A DNA stretch of 41,583 nt. It comes from Pseudomonadota bacterium (GTDB taxonomy: Bacteria > Desulfobacterota > Anaeroferrophillalia > Anaeroferrophillales > Tharpellaceae). The notes under the pieces were generated by a model. The model was not told the DNA's origin. It saw only the letters and a program-made list of their open reading frames with translations, and ran no database searches. The position numbers were made by a program, and so were the translations under genes. The first letter of the stretch is position 1, and every line of letters starts with the position of its first letter. The stretch covers positions 1 through 41,583 of the forward strand of contig WFRP01000125.1 of assembly GCA_015486505.1 (NCBI GenBank). Reading direction: 5' to 3'. Below, piece by piece: positions 36,778 through 41,583 of the stretch.

Positions 36778-39700
36778 CTACTGCAATCTGACTCCACTCA
36801 CCGGCGCATCTTCAAGAACCACACCGTCAACGACACAGGTGTAGGTCCCGGAAAATTTATCCGCAGTCAGAGACGTAATATTGTAGGTATAGTTGTAAAT
36901 TCTACCGTTATAAGGCAGACTGAAAGTCATAACATAACCTGAAGCATCAGTCCCATAAAACAATTGCACATTATATCCCGGCCAGACAGCACTGATGTTG
37001 CCATTGCCGTCTTCAGTCACCACCAGGTTGGTCGGATGAACTCGTTTGACGCCATAGTACTCCGAGGTTACCTGCCAGGTTCCGGCAAGTGAATTTATAT
37101 GCAATGACTGCATCTCCAACAGGCCTTTATTGAAATCAAAGGGCCCGCTGGTGGAGGCATCTTTGACATAGGTCCCCATATAGAGCGTTCCGGGCATATA
37201 TTTGAAATCGGAAGCATTATTAAAAGGCTCATTATCCGGCGGAGTAATAATAATGTCGCCAAAGTGAAAATCATCATCGCCGCTATCGACTTTCTCACCC
37301 TGACACTGAGTACAGCCCAGCTCCCGGAAATCAACCTGACTTAAATCAAGCTTCATACCCGGGGCGGCTCCGGCCTTGTACCAGAGATTCTGCCAGCCAA
37401 ATACAGCGTTGTAAGGAAACAACTTCAAGCTCCCATCGGGCGTAAGAGCGTAGATATCTCCCTGAGAAAGCGGATCGTGGGAAAAGAGGACAAAAAGCTG
37501 CCCGGAGGCCTCGGTGGAGGCACTGACCGAAACTTTGTAGTCTATATCCGCAGTATATGTATCATAATCCGCCACGACGAAATCGGCATTGGCGACTCCT
37601 TTGAGCAGAACAACATACTGAGTCCCCCAATCGATTTCCTCGGGCGGAATATTTGCCAGATCCTGCACCGGCCCGACATTAAAATATAATCCATCTTCAA
37701 GGTAACCCGAAGAGACTGGCTTAAAGGTTACCTGACAGGTCAGGGAGCCACCTGATGCCCTGATAATATCGCCGGCCGCAATGCCACTGACACTGTAGGA
37801 GTCGGTTCCGGTAACTGCGCCTTTAACCTGTATATCCTCAACCGAACTATTGGTGATAGTCACATTTAAAACAGTATTACTGCCAACGTCACTATTGGGA
37901 AATTCAAGGGTTGTCGGTGACACGTCAATATCGACACCGGAACCCTGCATAATAATTTCCTGAGGCGGCAGATCGTGATTGAACAGAAGCCTGAGAATCC
38001 CGCTGAAATCACCCACAGACACCGGGGTAAATGTCACAATTCCAACCGTACTCATCCCGGCCGCCAGTGTACCATTGCTGATACCTTCAACCGCGAAAAG
38101 TGCGCCCGGAAGATCAACCCCGACGATTTCCAAATCAACATTGCCGGTGTTGGTCACAACCAGGGTTTCAGTTTTAGTTGTCCCCAAAGCTGTATTGCCA
38201 AAGGCAAAGGATTGCGGCGCCACGCTGATCGCGGGAGCCGAGATATCAACCCCGGAGCCCTTCAGTTTAATATCAGAGGTCACAACTCCCTGGTCATAAA
38301 GAACCCGCAGGGTTATATCATAATCCTGCTCCAGTAACGGCGTAAACGTAACCAACGCATCCAGCACTCCGTATGCCGGAATACTGCCAGGAATGCCACT
38401 GACAGCAAAGACCCCTTCCGGAAGATCTACGGCGCTAATATTAACGGCAACAGCCCCATTATTAATAAAACGCAGATTAGCACTCTTGCTGTTGCCAATA
38501 TTACAGCGACCCAAGTTTATTTCATCACTAACTTCAATGACATTATCAACATTATAAACACCAACTCCGCTTAATTTAATTTCCGAAGACGGCACACCAT
38601 GCTCGTACAAAACCCGTAAAGTGCTGTTATAAACCCGCGGCAATTTCGGTGAAAAAGTTGCTGTAACATTCAAAGTACCATACACCGGAATTGTCGCCGG
38701 CAGGCCGCTGACCTTAAATCCGGCACCATCCGGTAAATCAATTGCGGTAATCACCAGATCAACATTGCCGGTATTGGTAAAGACAAGATTGGCACTCTTA
38801 TCTTCTCCAACTGCGACATTGCCAAAACTGATATCACCGGGCGGAGTCACGGAAGCGATAATATTCCCGCGGCCGACCCCGCTCAAATCTATCTGTAACG
38901 GCGCCACCCCGTCAGCAAAAAATACCATAAGGGTACCAGAATATGACCGCGGCTGCGTCGGTGTAAAGGTAACCAAAGCTACGAAACTGGTTCCGGCTTT
39001 AATAGTACCGGACATACCCGTAACCGCAAAACCTTCCGGCACAATCGTTTCCCCAAACGTAACATCGTCTTTACCGGTATTGGTAAATGTGAGGATTTCA
39101 GTTGCAGACTCGCCAATATTTACGTTTCCATAAGGGTAAGACTTGGGAGATACGTCAACTTTCACATCAGGAGTAACCACCGGCGGCGTGGGCACAGCAG
39201 CTCCCTGGAGATTAACCGCAAGATTGGTAGCATCGGAATAAATGGTGAAACTGCCGAGAAAGGTACCGGTCGCTTCCGGTTTAAATTCGATATAAAGGTT
39301 GTAAGTCGCTCCCGGCACCAGATCAATCGTTTTACCATCGGCCTCAGAGCCTAATTCCCCAGGCAATCCGACATAAACATAGGGTGACTCCAGCGGCGTC
39401 ACATAATCAATTTTTATCGTACTGTCACCGGTATTTTTCATTTTGACCGTTAACGTGGACACTTCCCCCGTCTGCAACGAAGCAAAATCAAGCAACGGCG
39501 GAACCAACGGCGTATTATCATCATGGAGAAGGATAAGTTGGGGTTGCCCCATAGTCAAACGCTGACCATAAATATCAGAATTGGTCGTATTGAGATTACG
39601 GGCATCTTTCCAGACGGACAAAAACTGATGACTACCTGAATTGTAAGCCGTAACCGGATTATACTGGTTTGCCGGTTCGGTGCAAACCGCGTAATTATCC

Positions 39701-41268
39701 CCGCGCAGACTCCCTTCGGAGTCAACATACTGACCATAAATATCCAGATTTTCCAGGGAAACCTGAGAGTTTCGGCCATCCTGCCAGGTTACAAAAAAGC
39801 GCTGGTTAGTGGGATCAATCGCAACTTGAGGTCGGGTCTGATTGGAGTTAAGAATATTCTCATCCTGAGTTCCATCATTGTTGGTATCCTGAAAACTTAT
39901 TGCTATATTACCAGCATAAAGTCCACCTCCGGAATAGAGCAGTTGCCCAAAAATCTTGCTGTGGATTCCATCACCGGATCCATCATCATGTTTATCACGG
40001 TCTTCCCAGGCGACGAGAAACTTGCGATGGGTTGAGTCGTAACCGGCCGCGGGATAATAGCTTGACGCCCCTGAACTATAATCAATCCATTGGGTATAGA
40101 CCACGGATTTATCGATATTTTTATCAAAAATAGCGTAAACATGAACATTCTTATCCGTATCTTCAACTTCACTCAACTCTTCATCTGACACAACGTTATC
40201 TACCAGATTACTGGTCAGAAGTTTTTCACCTTTAACCCCCTCCCAGACAATTAGGGTCTCGGGTGAACTATCGTCGCAGACAACTTTAACATTATTTATA
40301 TCAGTAAAATACTCATATGTGTAGGTAGCGGTGCCCCTGGTTGCGTCTGTCTCATCCAAAGTCCAAGAAATAAGGCGCACTGTACGCACAGCCGGATTTT
40401 TAACACTATTACGAAGTATATCAACACTTTGAATAGCTCCAGTACCTGCCGCCACAACGCCATACGCGACAAAGTTGCTATCCCCAAAAAAGTACTCGCC
40501 TGTAGTCCACTCATTTGTAGTTTTAGGTTTCACCTTCTCCTTTACCCTCTGCAGTTCATCCCGGCTTTCAACCCAGGTCACCCAGAACTGATCGCGGACA
40601 TTGTCAAAGGCAATCGCCGGAAGTTTTCTTGATCTCAGATTATCGCTATCAATCGAAGTATAGGTGAAAGGATAGCCTAAGGGCGCGGCATTGGTCGGAT
40701 CAGATTGAAACGTAAAACCGGAAGAGCAATCCCCGGCTAGCTTAGAGACATCGAGAATGTCATAGTAGACATAGCCTTCTGCTGTAGCGCCTCGGGTATC
40801 CTGCCAGGCGATCATAATTTTGTCGGTTCCGGTAACTTGCGGATCAGCATCAGGTCGATTACGGTAGGCAAGCACCGGTACCGTCTGGTTGCCGGTTTGC
40901 GTTGAAATCGCAATTTCATCACCACAGTAACTGCCGTCACCATTGATAAATCGACCGTAGATATCAGCCCCTGTGGTACTCCAGTTACGCCAGTCTTCCC
41001 AGACGACAAACCATTTATTTTTATCCGGCAGGGCAATCACGCTCGGATTTTGCTGATCATCACCGAGCAGGGTCGCGGTATCCGGGGCAGTGGCGCCGTT
41101 GACAATTGAAATCGGGATATTCGGGCCTTCATTCGCTGCCTGTAAAGGGACCGCAAAACTCAAAACCATTGTCACCAACAACAAGAAAGTCAAAGCAAAA
41201 CAGCACATCGAACTATAGTTCTTACAGTTCTGCATTGATGCCTTAATCGTACCGGTTGACTCCATCAT
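36778..41268 (-). CDS. large secreted protein with N-terminal propeller-like repeats and six choice-of-anchor D / ASH-type Ig-like domains
   Basis: signal peptide ending PLQA; repeats F.V.W.D.RN....DIYGQ; six ~100-aa repeats F-G......S...L...NTG...V.F.P...G.L...L.G.G; GGGGG RBS. Confidence 0.8.
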   Translation of the reverse strand: MMESTGTIKASMQNCKNYSSMCCFALTFLLLVTMVLSFAVPLQAANEGPNIPISIVNGATAPDTATLLGDDQQNPSVIALPDKNKWFVVWEDWRNWSTTGADIYGRFINGDGSYCGDEIAISTQTGNQTVPVLAYRNRPDADPQVTGTDKIMIAWQDTRGATAEGYVYYDILDVSKLAGDCSSGFTFQSDPTNAAPLGYPFTYTSIDSDNLRSRKLPAIAFDNVRDQFWVTWVESRDELQRVKEKVKPKTTNEWTTGEYFFGDSNFVAYGVVAAGTGAIQSVDILRNSVKNPAVRTVRLISWTLDETDATRGTATYTYEYFTDINNVKVVCDDSSPETLIVWEGVKGEKLLTSNLVDNVVSDEELSEVEDTDKNVHVYAIFDKNIDKSVVYTQWIDYSSGASSYYPAAGYDSTHRKFLVAWEDRDKHDDGSGDGIHSKIFGQLLYSGGGLYAGNIAISFQDTNNDGTQDENILNSNQTRPQVAIDPTNQRFFVTWQDGRNSQVSLENLDIYGQYVDSEGSLRGDNYAVCTEPANQYNPVTAYNSGSHQFLSVWKDARNLNTTNSDIYGQRLTMGQPQLILLHDDNTPLVPPLLDFASLQTGEVSTLTVKMKNTGDSTIKIDYVTPLESPYVYVGLPGELGSEADGKTIDLVPGATYNLYIEFKPEATGTFLGSFTIYSDATNLAVNLQGAAVPTPPVVTPDVKVDVSPKSYPYGNVNIGESATEILTFTNTGKDDVTFGETIVPEGFAVTGMSGTIKAGTSFVALVTFTPTQPRSYSGTLMVFFADGVAPLQIDLSGVGRGNIIASVTPPGDISFGNVAVGEDKSANLVFTNTGNVDLVITAIDLPDGAGFKVSGLPATIPVYGTLNVTATFSPKLPRVYNSTLRVLYEHGVPSSEIKLSGVGVYNVDNVIEVSDEINLGRCNIGNSKSANLRFINNGAVAVNISAVDLPEGVFAVSGIPGSIPAYGVLDALVTFTPLLEQDYDITLRVLYDQGVVTSDIKLKGSGVDISAPAISVAPQSFAFGNTALGTTKTETLVVTNTGNVDLEIVGVDLPGALFAVEGISNGTLAAGMSTVGIVTFTPVSVGDFSGILRLLFNHDLPPQEIIMQGSGVDIDVSPTTLEFPNSDVGSNTVLNVTITNSSVEDIQVKGAVTGTDSYSVSGIAAGDIIRASGGSLTCQVTFKPVSSGYLEDGLYFNVGPVQDLANIPPEEIDWGTQYVVLLKGVANADFVVADYDTYTADIDYKVSVSASTEASGQLFVLFSHDPLSQGDIYALTPDGSLKLFPYNAVFGWQNLWYKAGAAPGMKLDLSQVDFRELGCTQCQGEKVDSGDDDFHFGDIIITPPDNEPFNNASDFKYMPGTLYMGTYVKDASTSGPFDFNKGLLEMQSLHINSLAGTWQVTSEYYGVKRVHPTNLVVTEDGNGNISAVWPGYNVQLFYGTDASGYVMTFSLPYNGRIYNYTYNITSLTADKFSGTYTCVVDGVVLEDAPVSGVRLQ

Positions 41269-41312
41269 AATCCCCCTTCAACGGACCTGCCGTATCTGTA
41301 GATATTTCACCC

Positions 41313-41380
41313 ATCTGCGTCTATCTGTGTTCATCTGTGGTTAAAAAAGGAACCACAGATGAACACAGATGAACACAGAT
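41313..41380. repeat. repeat family C: inverted arrays of a 10-bp unit
   Basis: ATCTGCGTCT ATCTGTGTTC ATCTGTGGTT - AAAAAAGG - AACCACAGAT GAACACAGAT GAACACAGAT. Confidence 0.9.
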
Positions 41381-41406
41381 GAAAATCATTTATCTTATTT
41401 ATATTA

Positions 41407-41583
41407 GTAACTATTCAGCCACCCCCCCCACCTTCTGGAGGGGACGGGGGTGGTTTTTCGTAAGCGGTTGCGGAAACGATTTCGTTGTTTTTCCCAGCGA
41501 GCGGGAGCCCATCAGCATTGCAACTGTTTGAGCGTAAGCGAGTTTTGCAAGGCGGGCGCAGCGAGCGTAAGGAAAAACAGAAA
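41407..41583 (-). mobile_element. family B IS66-like MITE, truncated by window end
   Basis: starts GTAACTATTCAGCC; closely matches the reverse complement of ~11947-12134. Confidence 0.88.

Noticed and set aside
37296-37310. CTQC in the large protein as a heme c site
   Set aside because: No His follows (CTQCQ), so it is not CxxCH

Overview
A gene-dense 41.6 kb stretch of a bacterial chromosome. Gene content and order (ilvB-ilvN-ilvC-psd-pssA-leuA, rplM-rpsI-argC, carD-PIN/TRAM-ispDF, pilMNOPQ) suggest an anaerobic deltaproteobacterium (Desulfobacterota-like); this is inference. It encodes cobamide nucleotide-loop genes (cobS, cobC-like, archaeal-type cobT), branched-chain amino acid, Arg, biotin and phospholipid biosynthesis, two ribosomal proteins, tolA-tolB-pal-cpoB, type IV pilus assembly genes, an AAA+/DUF4143 protein and a 1496-aa secreted Ig-repeat protein. 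No rRNA, tRNA, CRISPR array or transposase gene is visible. Two non-coding signals stand out. (1) A candidate leucine attenuator with no separate leader peptide: the last four Leu codons of pssA are all CUA (0 of the previous 31 are), followed by a potential antiterminator and a strong terminator directly upstream of leuA. (2) Intergenic spaces carry at least four families of small non-autonomous repeats. The main one is a modular 111-149 bp element (10 copies at 8 loci) bounded by CTAA, with a compensatory base change in its long stem, and its flanking CTAA/TTAG forms the stop codons of leuA and psd. All calls were made by eye without database searches.
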